Shown one piece after another: positions 24,032-34,866 of a DNA stretch of 64,000 nt. Under the pieces are notes generated by a model that worked only from the letters and a program-made list of their open reading frames with translations, had not been told where the DNA came from and did not search any database. Position 1 is the stretch's first letter; each line of letters starts with the position of its first letter. The stretch is from an uncultured Thermoleophilia bacterium (GTDB lineage: Bacteria > Actinomycetota > Thermoleophilia > UBA2241): positions 256,001-320,000 of the forward strand of contig CAVPCT010000009.1 in assembly GCA_963702475.1 (NCBI GenBank), given 5' to 3'. The position numbers and the translations under genes are program-made.

Positions 24032-26128
24032 ATGAACACAGTAGAAGTCGACGTCGCCGGCAAGACGATCACCCTCGAGACCGGCCGCATGGCCAAGCAG
24101 GCAAACGGAGCCGTGCTGGTCCGCTGCGGCGACACCACGGTGCTGGTCACCGCGGTCGGTCGCACCGAGGGCCGCGAGGGGCAGGATTTCTTCCCCCTCA
24201 CGGTCGACGTCGAGGAGCGGCACTACGCCGCGGGCAAGATCCCCGGCGGCTTCATCAAGCGCGAGTCGCGACCCAGCGAGAAGGCCACGCTGGCGGCACG
24301 CCAGATCGACAGGCCCATCCGGCCTCTGTTTCCCAAGGGCTACATGAACGAAGTGCACGTGGTCGCCACCGTGCTGTCCGTGGATCTGGAGAACAGCTAC
24401 GACACGCTGGCCACCATCGGCGCCTCCGCGGCTCTCACGCTGAGTGAGATCCCGTTCAGCGGTCCGGTCGCGTCCGTGCGCGTCGGTCGCATCGAAGACG
24501 AGTTCGTCATCAATCCCACGCTCGTCCAGATCCAGGACGAATCCGAGATGGACCTCGTGGTCACGGGGACCAAGGACGCCATCGTGATGGTGGAGGCCGG
24601 CGCCCAGCAGGTGTCGGAGGACATCGTCGTCGACGCGCTTCGCCTGGCTCACGACGAGATCAAGAGGATCATCGACGTCCAGTTAGAGTTGCAGCGGCTC
24701 GCGGGCAAGCCCAAGTGGGACGTGCCTGAGTGGGTCGTGGACGAGGGCGTCCTCGCCGAGGTCCAGGGCCAGTTCGGCGCCGCGCTCGACGCCGCCACCC
24801 AGGTGCCCGGCAAGATGGAGCGCATGCAGGCCACCGGCGCCGTCAAGGACTCCGTGTACGCGGCGCTCATCGGCGAAGACGCCGATCCCGCGCGCGTCGC
24901 GCAGGTCAAGCGCGCCTTCGCCAAGCTGGAGAAGGACATCATCCGCCGGCGTATCGCCGTGGAGAAGGTGCGTCCCGACGGGCGCGCCACCGACCAGGTC
25001 CGGCCCATCAGCTGTGAGGTCGGCGTGATCCCGCGCGTGCACGGCAGTGCCCTCTTCACGCGCGGCGAGACCCAGGCCCTGAGCCTGCTCACTCTCGGCG
25101 GGACCGGCGAGTTCCAGCGCATCGACGGCCTCGGCATCGAGGACAAGAAGCGCTACATCCACCACTACAACTTCCCGCCCTTCTCGGTGGGTGAGACCGG
25201 CTTCATGCGCGGCCCCAAGCGCCGCGATATCGGCCACGGCGCCCTCGCCGAGCGCGCGCTTCTGCCTGTCCTTCCGGACGAGGTCGCGTTCCCGTACACC
25301 ACACGCATCGTCTCCGAGATCCTCGAGAGCAACGGCTCGTCGTCGATGGCCAGCGTGTGCGGCTCGACCCTGTCGCTCATGGACGCCGGCGTGCAGATCA
25401 AGGCTCCGGTGGCGGGTACGGCCATGGGCCTCATCAAGGAGGGCGACGCCTACACCGTCCTCACCGACATCGCCGGCGTCGAGGACCACCTCGGCGATAT
25501 GGACTTCAAGGTGGCCGGCACGGCCACCGGCATCACGGCGCTGCAGATGGACATCAAGATCAGCGGCGTGACCTTCGAGATCCTCACCGAGGCCCTCGAG
25601 CAGGCCCGCAAGGCTCGCCTGCACATCCTCGGCAAGATGCTCGAGACCATCGCGGAGCCGCGCAGCGAGCTCTCCGAGTGGGCGCCGCGCATCTTCAGCA
25701 TCCAGATCAACCCGGACCAGATCGGGCTCATCATCGGCAAGGGCGGCGAGACCATCCGCGGCATGACCGACGAGTTCGGCGCCGACATCGACATCCAGGA
25801 GGACGGCACGATCTTCATCTGTGCCCCCGATCAGGAGTCGGCGGAGGGAGTCATCAACCGCATCCAGTCGATGACCAAGGAGATCGAGGTCGGTGACGTG
25901 TTCACCGGCCGCGTGGTCAAGACCACCGACTTCGGAGCGTTCGTCGAGCTCAAGAAGGGCACCGACGGCCTGCTCCACATCTCGCGCCTTGCCCCCAAGG
26001 GCGAGCGCGTGAAGTCCGTGGACGATGTGGTCAAGCGCGGTGACTCGGTGACCGTCGAGGTCGTCGAGATCGACAAGGCGCGCAACCGCATCGGGCTCCA
26101 GCTCCTCAAGGGTCCCGGCGACGACTGA
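24032..26128 (+). CDS. pnp: Polyribonucleotide nucleotidyltransferase
   Basis: DFFPLTV, SNGSSSMASVC, GDMDFKVAG, KH and S1 domains. Confidence 0.97.
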   Translation: MNTVEVDVAGKTITLETGRMAKQANGAVLVRCGDTTVLVTAVGRTEGREGQDFFPLTVDVEERHYAAGKIPGGFIKRESRPSEKATLAARQIDRPIRPLFPKGYMNEVHVVATVLSVDLENSYDTLATIGASAALTLSEIPFSGPVASVRVGRIEDEFVINPTLVQIQDESEMDLVVTGTKDAIVMVEAGAQQVSEDIVVDALRLAHDEIKRIIDVQLELQRLAGKPKWDVPEWVVDEGVLAEVQGQFGAALDAATQVPGKMERMQATGAVKDSVYAALIGEDADPARVAQVKRAFAKLEKDIIRRRIAVEKVRPDGRATDQVRPISCEVGVIPRVHGSALFTRGETQALSLLTLGGTGEFQRIDGLGIEDKKRYIHHYNFPPFSVGETGFMRGPKRRDIGHGALAERALLPVLPDEVAFPYTTRIVSEILESNGSSSMASVCGSTLSLMDAGVQIKAPVAGTAMGLIKEGDAYTVLTDIAGVEDHLGDMDFKVAGTATGITALQMDIKISGVTFEILTEALEQARKARLHILGKMLETIAEPRSELSEWAPRIFSIQINPDQIGLIIGKGGETIRGMTDEFGADIDIQEDGTIFICAPDQESAEGVINRIQSMTKEIEVGDVFTGRVVKTTDFGAFVELKKGTDGLLHISRLAPKGERVKSVDDVVKRGDSVTVEVVEIDKARNRIGLQLLKGPGDD

Positions 26129-26135
26129 TGACGAG

Positions 26136-27422
26136 ATGAGCGGAGGGACGGGCGCGGTCACGTACCGGTTCTCGACGCTCGACAACGGCCTTCGGGTGGC
26201 CACCGAGCGCATGGACAACGTGCGCTCGGTGGCCCTCGGGCTGTGGATCGCCGCCGGCTCGCGGCAGGAGCCGCGAGAGCTGGGCGGCGTTTCCCACTTC
26301 ATCGAGCACCTCATCTTCAAAGGCTCCGACAGGTACACGGCCTGGGACATCGCCCGCATCTTCGACGACATCGGCGGCGAGCCCAACGCCTCCACATCCA
26401 AGGAGCACACGCTCGTCAACGCGCGCTTTCTCGATGATGACCTCGAAAAGGCGTTCGAGGTCATCGCCGAGATGGTCGCGCGACCGAGCTTCGCGGATCT
26501 CGACCAGGAGCGCGAGGTCGTCCTCGAAGAAGTGGCCATGTACGAGGACTCGCCGCAGGAGCTCATCCACGACGACATGAGCGAGGTCCTCTTCCGTGAC
26601 CACCCGCTCGGACGGCCCATCATCGGTCACGTCGAGAGCCTGGAGCGGCTGGACCTCGACACGGTCCGCGCGTACCACGACGGCCACTACGTGAACCCGG
26701 CCATCGTGGTGTCGGCGGCCGGGCACGCCGAGCACGACCGGCTCTGCGAACTGGCTGCGCGGCACTTTCTCCCGGAGCCCGGCGCCGTGGTGCCCGAGCC
26801 CGAGCTCAGCCAGCCGGGTTTCCGCCACGTGGCCAGCTTCCGGGAGAAGGACACCGAGCAGTACCACGTGTGTCTGGGGGGTCCGGGCCCTCGCCGCGGC
26901 GACCCGGACCGCTACGCCGTGTTCGTCGTCGACACCATCCTGGGGAGCTCGTGGAGCTCGCGCCTCTTCCAGGAGGTGCGCGAGAAGCGCGGTCTCGCCT
27001 ACTCCGTGTACTCGTACGTGTCGTTGTACGCCGATGCGGGGCTCACCGGCATCTACTGCGGCTCTCGAGAGGAGGCCATGGAAGAGGCCATGGACGTCGT
27101 CCTCGGAGTGCTGCACGATTTCGAGGAGGACGTCGCCGACGAGGCCATCCAGCGCGCCAAGAACCACCTCAAGGGCCAGCACGTGCTCAGCATGGAGAGT
27201 CCAGGCGCGCGCATGCAGTCGCAGGGCCGCGCCGTCCTCACCGGCCAACCCGTGCTCACCGTCGACGAGGTCCTCTCGCGGATCGACGCGGTCACGCACG
27301 ACGACGTCATGACCGCGGTGCACCGCTACTACGACCAGCAGAAGTGGTCCACCGTCTGTATCGGCCCGCGGCCGGAGCCGTTCCGGGCCGTCACCGAGGG
27401 CTTCGAGTGGGAGGAGCGATAA
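26136..27422 (+). CDS. M16 family zinc peptidase
   Basis: HFIEH inverted zinc motif, SRLFQEVREKRGLAYSV. Confidence 0.9.
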   Translation: MSGGTGAVTYRFSTLDNGLRVATERMDNVRSVALGLWIAAGSRQEPRELGGVSHFIEHLIFKGSDRYTAWDIARIFDDIGGEPNASTSKEHTLVNARFLDDDLEKAFEVIAEMVARPSFADLDQEREVVLEEVAMYEDSPQELIHDDMSEVLFRDHPLGRPIIGHVESLERLDLDTVRAYHDGHYVNPAIVVSAAGHAEHDRLCELAARHFLPEPGAVVPEPELSQPGFRHVASFREKDTEQYHVCLGGPGPRRGDPDRYAVFVVDTILGSSWSSRLFQEVREKRGLAYSVYSYVSLYADAGLTGIYCGSREEAMEEAMDVVLGVLHDFEEDVADEAIQRAKNHLKGQHVLSMESPGARMQSQGRAVLTGQPVLTVDEVLSRIDAVTHDDVMTAVHRYYDQQKWSTVCIGPRPEPFRAVTEGFEWEER

Positions 27423-27474
27423 GCGGAATGTATCCCCGGTGTCCCCCTTGTGTACGCCGGAAGACAGGGGCGTC

Positions 27475-28233
27475 ATGACCGACGTCCTCGTCACCGGCGC
27501 GGCCGGCAAGATGGGCAGTATCAGCGTCCAGACCATCGCCGCACAGGACGACTTCGAGGTCGTCGCCCTGGTCGACCCCAGGGGTGGCGCCAAAGCCGGG
27601 GGAGAGGCGCCGTGCTTCGCGACCGTCGAGCAGGCCCTCGCCCTCACCTCGCCGCAGGCGGCGCTCGAGTTCAGCGTTCCGGGGGCCGTGTTCGACAACA
27701 CGCGGCGCCTTCTCGAGGCCGGCGTGCCCACCGTGGTGGGGGCCACCGGCCTCAGCGACGTACAGGTCGGCGAGCTCTCGGCCGCTGCCGCGGCCTCCGG
27801 CGTCGGCCTCGTCATCGTCCCGAACTTCGCTCTCGGCGCGGTGCTCCTCATGCGCTTCGCGGCGGAAGCGGCGCGGTATTACGAGCGCGCCGAGATCATC
27901 GAGCTCCACGAGGCCGGCAAGCTGGACGCGCCGTCGGGCACCAGCCTCCGCACCGCGCGTCTCATGGCCGACGCGCAAGGCTCCGCCCTTCAGGATGGCT
28001 CCGGCGACCAGCCGTCGCGCGGCCTCGCGGCCGACCGCGTCCGCATCCACAGCGTGCGTCTGCCGGGCGTCGTCGCGCACCAGGAGGTCCTCTTCGGCGG
28101 CGACGACGAGCTGCTCACCATCCGCCACGACTCGCTCTCACGCCGCTCGTTCATGAGCGGCGTGCTCCTCGCCCTCCGCAAGGTCACGTCGGTGCAAGGG
28201 GCTGTCGTCGGGCTGGAGAACCTCCTAGACTAG
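27475..28233 (+). CDS. dapB: 4-hydroxy-tetrahydrodipicolinate reductase
   Basis: GAAGKMG, ELHEAGKLDAPSGT; ends TAG. Confidence 0.93.
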   Translation: MTDVLVTGAAGKMGSISVQTIAAQDDFEVVALVDPRGGAKAGGEAPCFATVEQALALTSPQAALEFSVPGAVFDNTRRLLEAGVPTVVGATGLSDVQVGELSAAAAASGVGLVIVPNFALGAVLLMRFAAEAARYYERAEIIELHEAGKLDAPSGTSLRTARLMADAQGSALQDGSGDQPSRGLAADRVRIHSVRLPGVVAHQEVLFGGDDELLTIRHDSLSRRSFMSGVLLALRKVTSVQGAVVGLENLLD

Positions 28234-28354
28234 TGGCCGGAAGCGGCACTGAGCGCGTCGCGGGACGCAGGGCCCAGCGCGAGGCGGACCAGGCGGGCTC
28301 GTCGTCGCGTACCCGGAGCAACCACCAGAGTCGGCAGCAGTAAGGAGACACGCC

Positions 28355-29236
28355 GTGCCACAGAGCCTGGGGACCATCCTCACCGCCATGGTGACGCCGT
28401 TCGACGTCGACCTCGCCGTCGACCATCGCCGCCTCGCGGGGTTGGCGGCGTACCTGCTCGACAACGGCTCCGACGGCCTCGTGGTGGCCGGCACCACCGG
28501 AGAGTCGCCCACTCTCACCGACGCCGAGAAGCTGGCGATGTTCCGCACGGTGGTCGAGGCCGTGGGCGACCGGGCTCCCATCGTGGCCGGCACCGGCAGC
28601 AACGACACGGCTCACTCGGTCGAGCTCACCCGCAACGCGGAGAGCTGCGGCGTCGACGCCGTGCTCGTGGTCACCCCCTACTACAACAAGCCGCCGGAGC
28701 GCGGACTCATCGCGCACTTCCGCGCCGTGGCGGCGGCCACGAGCCTTCCGGTGATCGTCTATAACATCCCCGGACGCTGCGTGGTCAACCTCTCGCCTGA
28801 CACACTCGCCGAGCTGGCCGCGGTGGAGAACATCGTGGCCGTCAAGCAGGCCGACCCCGACATCGAGCACACGCGCCGGCTGCGCGAGCTCTGCGACCTC
28901 CAGGTGTACGCCGGCAACGACGACATGCTGCTCGACGTGCTGGAGCTGGGTGGCGCCGGCGGCATCTGCGTGGCCAGTCATCTGGTGGGCCGTCAGCTCG
29001 CCGAGATGGCCCGGCTCGTCCGCGCCGGCGAGCACGAGAAGGCGCGCGTCCTCGACGGATCCCTGCGGGAGCTGTACCGCGTCCTCTTCATCACCGCCAG
29101 CCCCATCCCCGTGAAGACGGCGTTGAACCTGCTGGGGCAGGAGGTCGGAGACCTTCGCCTGCCCCTCGTCCCGGCCACGGATTCGGAGACGGCGGCGGTG
29201 GCGGCCGAGCTCCGGCGTCTGGACCTGCTTTCGTGA
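28355..29236 (+). CDS. dapA: 4-hydroxy-tetrahydrodipicolinate synthase
   Basis: GTTGESPTL, TPYYNKP, YNIPGR. Confidence 0.95.
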   Translation: MPQSLGTILTAMVTPFDVDLAVDHRRLAGLAAYLLDNGSDGLVVAGTTGESPTLTDAEKLAMFRTVVEAVGDRAPIVAGTGSNDTAHSVELTRNAESCGVDAVLVVTPYYNKPPERGLIAHFRAVAAATSLPVIVYNIPGRCVVNLSPDTLAELAAVENIVAVKQADPDIEHTRRLRELCDLQVYAGNDDMLLDVLELGGAGGICVASHLVGRQLAEMARLVRAGEHEKARVLDGSLRELYRVLFITASPIPVKTALNLLGQEVGDLRLPLVPATDSETAAVAAELRRLDLLS

Positions 29237-29269
29237 GCAGGCGCCGCTCGGTGGTAAGGATGGACACGC

Positions 29270-30931
29270 ATGGCTGACACCGTCCGCATCACTCCCCTCG
29301 GCGGGCTGGGCGAGATCGGCAAGAACATGACCGCCTTCGAGCACCGTGGCAAGATCGTCGTCGTCGACTGCGGGGTCGAGTTCCCGCGCGACGAGATGCT
29401 CGGCATCGACCTCGTGCTTCCCGACATCACCTGGTTGCTCGAACGCCGAGACGACGTGCTGGGTTTTGTGATCACCCACGGGCACGAGGATCACATCGGA
29501 GCGCTCCCCTTCGTGCTCCGCCAGCTGAACGTGCCCGTGTACGCGAGCCGCTTCACGCTTGCGCTCATCAAGTCGAAGCTGGACGAGCACGGGCTGCTGC
29601 GTACGGCGGACGTCAACGAGGTGAGCGAGCGGTCGCGGGTGGCGCTCGGGCCCTTCGACATCTCGTTCGTGGCCGCAAGCCACAGCGTTCCGGACGCGCT
29701 CTCCATCGTGCTCGGCACGAGCCTCGGCCGCGTGGTCGTCACTGGTGACTACAAGTTCGACCACACGCCCATCGATGGGCGCATCACCGACGTCAACACG
29801 TTCGCGCGGCTGGGCCAGGAGGGTGTCCTGGCGCTCCTGGCCGACTCCACCAACGCCGAGACCGCGGGTTCCACGCCGTCAGAGGCCATCGTCGGTCAGG
29901 CCTTCCACCAGATCTTCGCCGAAGCCGAAGGACGGGTCATCGTCGCCTGCTTCGCCTCGCACGTGCACCGGGTCCAGCAGGCCATCCAGATCGGCCACCT
30001 GCACGGACGCAGGTTCGCGGTGTCCGGCCGGTCGATGCAGAAGAACGTCAACATCGCCAAGAGCCTCGGGCTCCTGCAGATCCCCGAAGGCGCCATGATC
30101 AAGCTCACCGAGATCGACGCCTACCGGCCGGAGGAGATCCTCGTGCTCGCCACCGGCAGTCAGGGCGAACCCCTCTCGGCGCTCACCCGCATGGCCTTCG
30201 ACGACCACCCGCAGGTGGCCCTGCACGAGGGCGACACGGTCGTCATCTCGGCCACCCCCATCCCCGGCAACGAAGTGAGCGTGATGACCACCGTCAACCG
30301 CCTGCTCAAGGTCGGCGCCACGGTCATCTACGGCCGGGAGAGCGGCGTTCACGTGTCTGGCCACGCCGCCCAGGAAGACATGCGCATGATGCTCAACCTC
30401 GTGCGGCCGCAGTACTTCGTGCCCGTCCACGGAGAGTACCGGCACCAGCACATCCACGCAGGGCTGGCCCGGCAGGCAGGACTGGGCGACGAGCAGATCT
30501 TCATCCTCGAGAACGGCGACGTGCTCGAGATAGAGGAGGACAACGCCGAGATCGTCGACAAGGTGCCCACGGGCATGGTCTTCGTCGACGGGTACGAGAT
30601 CGGCGAGGCCGGAGGGCTGGTGCTGCGCGACCGCCAGCAGCTCGCCGGCGACGGCATCCTCATCGCCGTCGTCACCATCGATGCCCAGTCGGGCGACACG
30701 GTGGCGGCGCCCGAGCTCGTGGGGCGCGGGTTCCTTCACGACGACGAGCGGCTCAAAGACGTCCTCGAAGAGTGCACCACCACGCTCGACGACCTCATGG
30801 AGGAGCTGGGTCAGGTGCACGTCACGGGCCAGCGCCTCATCAAGGAAGACATCAAGGAGAAGCTCTCCGAGCTGGTGTATGCGCGCACCCGGCGCCGCCC
30901 GCTCATCCTGCCGGTCGTGGTCGAAGTCTGA
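29270..30931 (+). CDS. rnj: Ribonuclease J
   Basis: GGLGEIGKN, THGHEDHIG, HVSGHA. Confidence 0.95.
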   Translation: MADTVRITPLGGLGEIGKNMTAFEHRGKIVVVDCGVEFPRDEMLGIDLVLPDITWLLERRDDVLGFVITHGHEDHIGALPFVLRQLNVPVYASRFTLALIKSKLDEHGLLRTADVNEVSERSRVALGPFDISFVAASHSVPDALSIVLGTSLGRVVVTGDYKFDHTPIDGRITDVNTFARLGQEGVLALLADSTNAETAGSTPSEAIVGQAFHQIFAEAEGRVIVACFASHVHRVQQAIQIGHLHGRRFAVSGRSMQKNVNIAKSLGLLQIPEGAMIKLTEIDAYRPEEILVLATGSQGEPLSALTRMAFDDHPQVALHEGDTVVISATPIPGNEVSVMTTVNRLLKVGATVIYGRESGVHVSGHAAQEDMRMMLNLVRPQYFVPVHGEYRHQHIHAGLARQAGLGDEQIFILENGDVLEIEEDNAEIVDKVPTGMVFVDGYEIGEAGGLVLRDRQQLAGDGILIAVVTIDAQSGDTVAAPELVGRGFLHDDERLKDVLEECTTTLDDLMEELGQVHVTGQRLIKEDIKEKLSELVYARTRRRPLILPVVVEV

Positions 30932-30974
30932 CGCGCGCCTAGGGAATGGCGCGCGCGCGTTGAATAGACGACGC

Positions 30975-33498
30975 ATGGCGACTGCACGCCCCAAGTCCAC
31001 ACGGAGGCGCGCGGGCCCTGCGTCGCGTCCCCGGTCGCGCGCGTCCGCAGCCAAGCCGAGCCAGAAGAGCACGCCCTCCGGGCATGGCCGCGAGCTCGCG
31101 GCCATCGCCTGCGTCGCCGTGGCCGTCTTTCTCGCCTTCGTCATCTACCTCGGCTGGGACGGCGGCGTCCTGGGCCGCTGGGCCGGCGACGCCGCCCGCT
31201 GGCTGGTCGGCGTGCTCGTGTACGCCCTTCCGCTGCTGCTGTGCTTCGCCGCCTACCTGCTGCTGGCCCGCGGCGAGCAGCGCCCGCGCCGCGGCCTCAC
31301 GTGGGGACTCGGGACTCATCGTCGCGGCCTTCCTCCTCGCGGCGGCGGCAGACGCCTTTGGCCTCTTCGCCGGCGACCGCCCCGCTGCTCTGTACCGCGA
31401 CTCGTACATGGCCGCCCACGGCGGTGTGACGGGGGAGACCCTGTGGGCGGTGACGCACCCGTTCGTAGGCGGCGTCGGGGTGGACGTGCTCGTGTTGTCC
31501 CTGTTCGTCGCCGGCGTGCTCCTGGTGACCGGCTCGTCGTTGCGGCAGTGGGCGGGGCACTCGCGGCGCGGCGTCGCGGCCGCCGGGCGCGCCGCCCGCA
31601 GCCAGGCCGAAGCGCTCGGGGCGCGACACCGCGACGCCGCCGTCACCCGTGTGCTCGAACCCGACGAGAGCCCTACGCTAGACGGCTCGGAGCACGTGCG
31701 GACCAGCGTCATCACCGTCCCCGAGTTCGACCAGGTGCCCGAGTACCTTCCGCCGGCACCGCCGGAGACCAGGCCGCAGACCCGAGGCCCGCAGCTCATC
31801 GACGGCGTCTACACGGCGCCGGAGATCTTCGGTGGGCCGCCAGACACGCCGCAGGATCCCCACGAGCCGCGACCCCGCAGCGCCCACGAGCCGCCCCCGG
31901 ACCACGAGGCCACGTCGGCCGAGGGCGCCGAGCAGCTCTCGCTCGCCGACGCCGCCGGGGCCGAGCCGGAGGCACAGGCGGCGGCCGTCTCCTTCCACGA
32001 GGCGGAGAGGCGCCGCTGGGTGCTGCCGGACCCGTCGCTGCTCCAGCGCATCGGAGAGCACACCGGCGAGTCCCCCGACGCCATCCGCAGCGTGTCGGGG
32101 CGCCTCGTGGAGACACTCGGGCACTTCGGCGTCACGGCCACGGTCATCGGCACAGTCTCAGGGCCGCGCGTGACGCGCTACGAGCTTCAGCTGGCCCCCG
32201 GCATCAAGGTCAGCCGGGTGGCCTCACTCAAGGACGACCTGGCCTACGCGCTCGCCGCCACCGACATCCGCGTGCAGGCGCCCATCCCCGGCAAGACGGC
32301 CGTGGGCGTCGAGGTCCCCAACGTGCAGGCCAACTACGTGTCGCTCGGCGATATCCACCAGCTGTTCCCCAGCCACGCGTCGCCCATGGCCTTCTGGCTC
32401 GGCAAGGACGTCTCCGGCAAGGCGGTCATGGCCGACCTGGTCCCCATGGTCCACCTGCTCGTGGCCGGCACCACCGGCTCGGGCAAGAGCGGCTGCCTCA
32501 ACGCTCTCATCAGCTCCGTGCTCCTGCGCGCCACGCCCGAAGAAGTGCGCATGATCATGATCGACCCCAAGAAGGTCGAGCTCAGCGCCTTCGACGGGGT
32601 GCCGCACCTGCTGGCGCCCGTCATCACCAATCCGAAGCAGGCCACCTACGCGCTCGACAACCTCACGCGCGAGATGGACCGCCGCTACGACGTCCTGTCG
32701 CGCAACAGCTGCCAGCACATCCGCGCCCTCAACAAGAAGCTGGCGAAGGCCGGCGAGGACCACATGCCCTACATCATGGTGGTGGTCGATGAGCTGGCCG
32801 ACCTCATGATGGCGGCCCCGTCGGAGGTCGAGGACTCCATCATCCGTCTCGGCCAGCTCGGGCGCAGCTGCGGCATCCACCTGGTCGTCGCCACGCAGCG
32901 TCCGTCGGTGGACGTGGTCACCGGGATGATCAAGACGAACATCCCCTCACGCATCGCGTTCGCGGTGTCCTCGCAGACGGACTCGCGCATCATCCTCGAC
33001 CAGGGCGGCGCCGAGAGCCTCCTGGGCATGGGCGACATGCTCTTCAGCCCGCTCGGCAGCAACAAGCTGCTGCGCGTACAGGGTGCCCTGATCACGGCGC
33101 ACGAGATGAAGCTCATCACCGAGCACTGGAAGAGGCAGGCCAAGCCCGAGTTCCGCGAGGACCTCCTGGAGAACCCGGCCGGGCCGGACGCCGAGCAGCC
33201 CGGCCAGGCCATCGGCGGCGACGAGCTGCTCGGCGAGGCCATCAAGACGGTCGTCATGACCGGCGCTGCCTCGGTGGCGCTGCTGCAGCGTCGCCTGCGC
33301 GTCGGCTACGCCCGCGCCGGTCGTCTCATCGACATCATGGAGGAGATGGGCATCATCTCGGGCTACGACGGCAGCAAGGCGCGGGCCGTGCTCATCGACG
33401 AGTCGGGCCTGCAGGCGGCGCTGGCAAGGGTGGCCGGCGACGAGCCTGTCGCGCAGACTGCGGCCCCCGACCTCGGAGAGGAGCCGGACGAGTCCTGA
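30975..33498 (+). CDS. ftsK: DNA translocase FtsK with a +1 frameshift near 31311-31314 (probable sequence error)
   Basis: N-terminal TM helices in one frame, the rest (AGTTGSGKS, ATQRPSVDV, LQRRLRVGYARAG) in another; junction TGG GGA CTC GGG A CTC ATC. Confidence 0.9.
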
Positions 33499-33526
33499 GT
33501 GTCGCGAGAGAACCGCGCCGCCCGGT

Positions 33527-33555
33527 TTGTCAGGCTCCGGCGCTGTCACTAGACT
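33527..33555 (+). promoter_or_regulatory. Candidate promoter of the rodZ-yajQ-rimO-pgsA-cinA operon
   Basis: TTGTCA-17-TAGACT. Confidence 0.55.
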
Positions 33556-33610
33556 GTGATTTCGGGCGCTCTCTCGGGCGCCCGTGTCAGCAAGGAGAGG
33601 CTAACCCGTC

Positions 33611-34378
33611 GTGTTCGAGATCGGCAGCACCCTGCGCGAAGCCCGTGTCCGTCGCAACCTCACGTTGCAGCAGGTGGAGGAGGACACGAAGATCCGCGTC
33701 AAGTACGTGCAGGCGATGGAGAACGAGGACTTCGACATCATGCCGGGTCCAACGTACGTCAAGGGCTTCCTCCGCACGTATTCCGAGTATCTCGGCCTTG
33801 ACCCCGACGTCATCGTCGGCGAATACCGCACACGGGAACCGCGCGGCATCGCCCGCGTCCACGAGGAGCCCTTCGGGGGTGTCTCCACCCTCGGCAAGCC
33901 GCGCAGCCATAGGGGCCGCAACACCATCGTGTTCGTGGCGGTGATCTGCCTCCTCGTGCTCGCCGTGATCTGGGCCCTCGGTCGCAACCAGACGCCGCAG
34001 TCCCAGCTGCCCACCGAACCCGACGACATCGGTCTCGCCAGCCCGTCACCCACACCGTCGCCCACGCCCATCCCCACGGTGACGCCCGTGCCGGTGCGAG
34101 ACATCGTCAAGATCACCGCCAAGGACGGCGACTGCTGGATCGAGGTCCGCCGTAACGGCCCCGAAGGCCTCAAGCTGTACTCGGGCACCGTCACCGACGG
34201 CGAGCGCAAGAAGTTCCGCGGCGAGCGCCTCTGGATCAGCTTCGGGAACCCTGTCGCCGTCCAGCTGATCGCGGGAGGGAAGAAGGTCAAGCTCGAGAGC
34301 GACGTGGGCCCGTGGCCGGTCGAGATCGTCAAGGGCAAGGTCAGGCAGGGAACAGACACGACACAGGTGGCGCAATGA
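33611..34378 (+). CDS. rodZ: RodZ-like HTH / TM / DUF4115 protein
   Basis: IGSTLREAR, YVKGFLRTYSEYLGLD, single TM, WIEV..GNP. Confidence 0.85.
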   Translation: MFEIGSTLREARVRRNLTLQQVEEDTKIRVKYVQAMENEDFDIMPGPTYVKGFLRTYSEYLGLDPDVIVGEYRTREPRGIARVHEEPFGGVSTLGKPRSHRGRNTIVFVAVICLLVLAVIWALGRNQTPQSQLPTEPDDIGLASPSPTPSPTPIPTVTPVPVRDIVKITAKDGDCWIEVRRNGPEGLKLYSGTVTDGERKKFRGERLWISFGNPVAVQLIAGGKKVKLESDVGPWPVEIVKGKVRQGTDTTQVAQ

Positions 34379-34866
34379 GCAAGGAATCGTCCTTCGACGT
34401 GGTCTCCAAAGCGGACCTCAACGAGGTGCGCAACGCCGTCAACATGGCGCAGAAGGAGATCGCCACCCGATACGACTTCAAGAAGAGCGTGAGTGCCGTC
34501 GCCCTGGAAGGAGACGCGCTCGTGCTGGTCTCGGACAACGACGGCAAGCTGCGCCAGGTGGTCGAGGTCCTCGAGGACAAGCTGGTACGGCGCAAGGTGC
34601 CTCTCAAGGCCCTGCAGTACGGCAAGGTCGAGGAGGCGCTCGGCGGCACCGTGCGACAGCGCGTCGGCATCGCCAACGGCATCCCCGACGAGAAGGCCAA
34701 GGCCATGAACAAGCTGTTGCGGCAGCGGTTCAAGAAGGTCAAGGTCCAGATCCAGGGCGACACCGTACGCATCTTCTCGCCCAGCAAGGACGAGCTCCAG
34801 GCAGCCATGACCGCGCTGCGGGACGAGGACTGGGGCATCCCGCTGCAGTTCGTCAACTACCGCTGA
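34375..34866 (+). CDS. yajQ: YajQ family nucleotide (c-di-GMP)-binding protein
   Basis: SFDVVSK, RYDFK, QIQGD, LQFVNYR. Confidence 0.93.
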   Translation: MSKESSFDVVSKADLNEVRNAVNMAQKEIATRYDFKKSVSAVALEGDALVLVSDNDGKLRQVVEVLEDKLVRRKVPLKALQYGKVEEALGGTVRQRVGIANGIPDEKAKAMNKLLRQRFKKVKVQIQGDTVRIFSPSKDELQAAMTALRDEDWGIPLQFVNYR

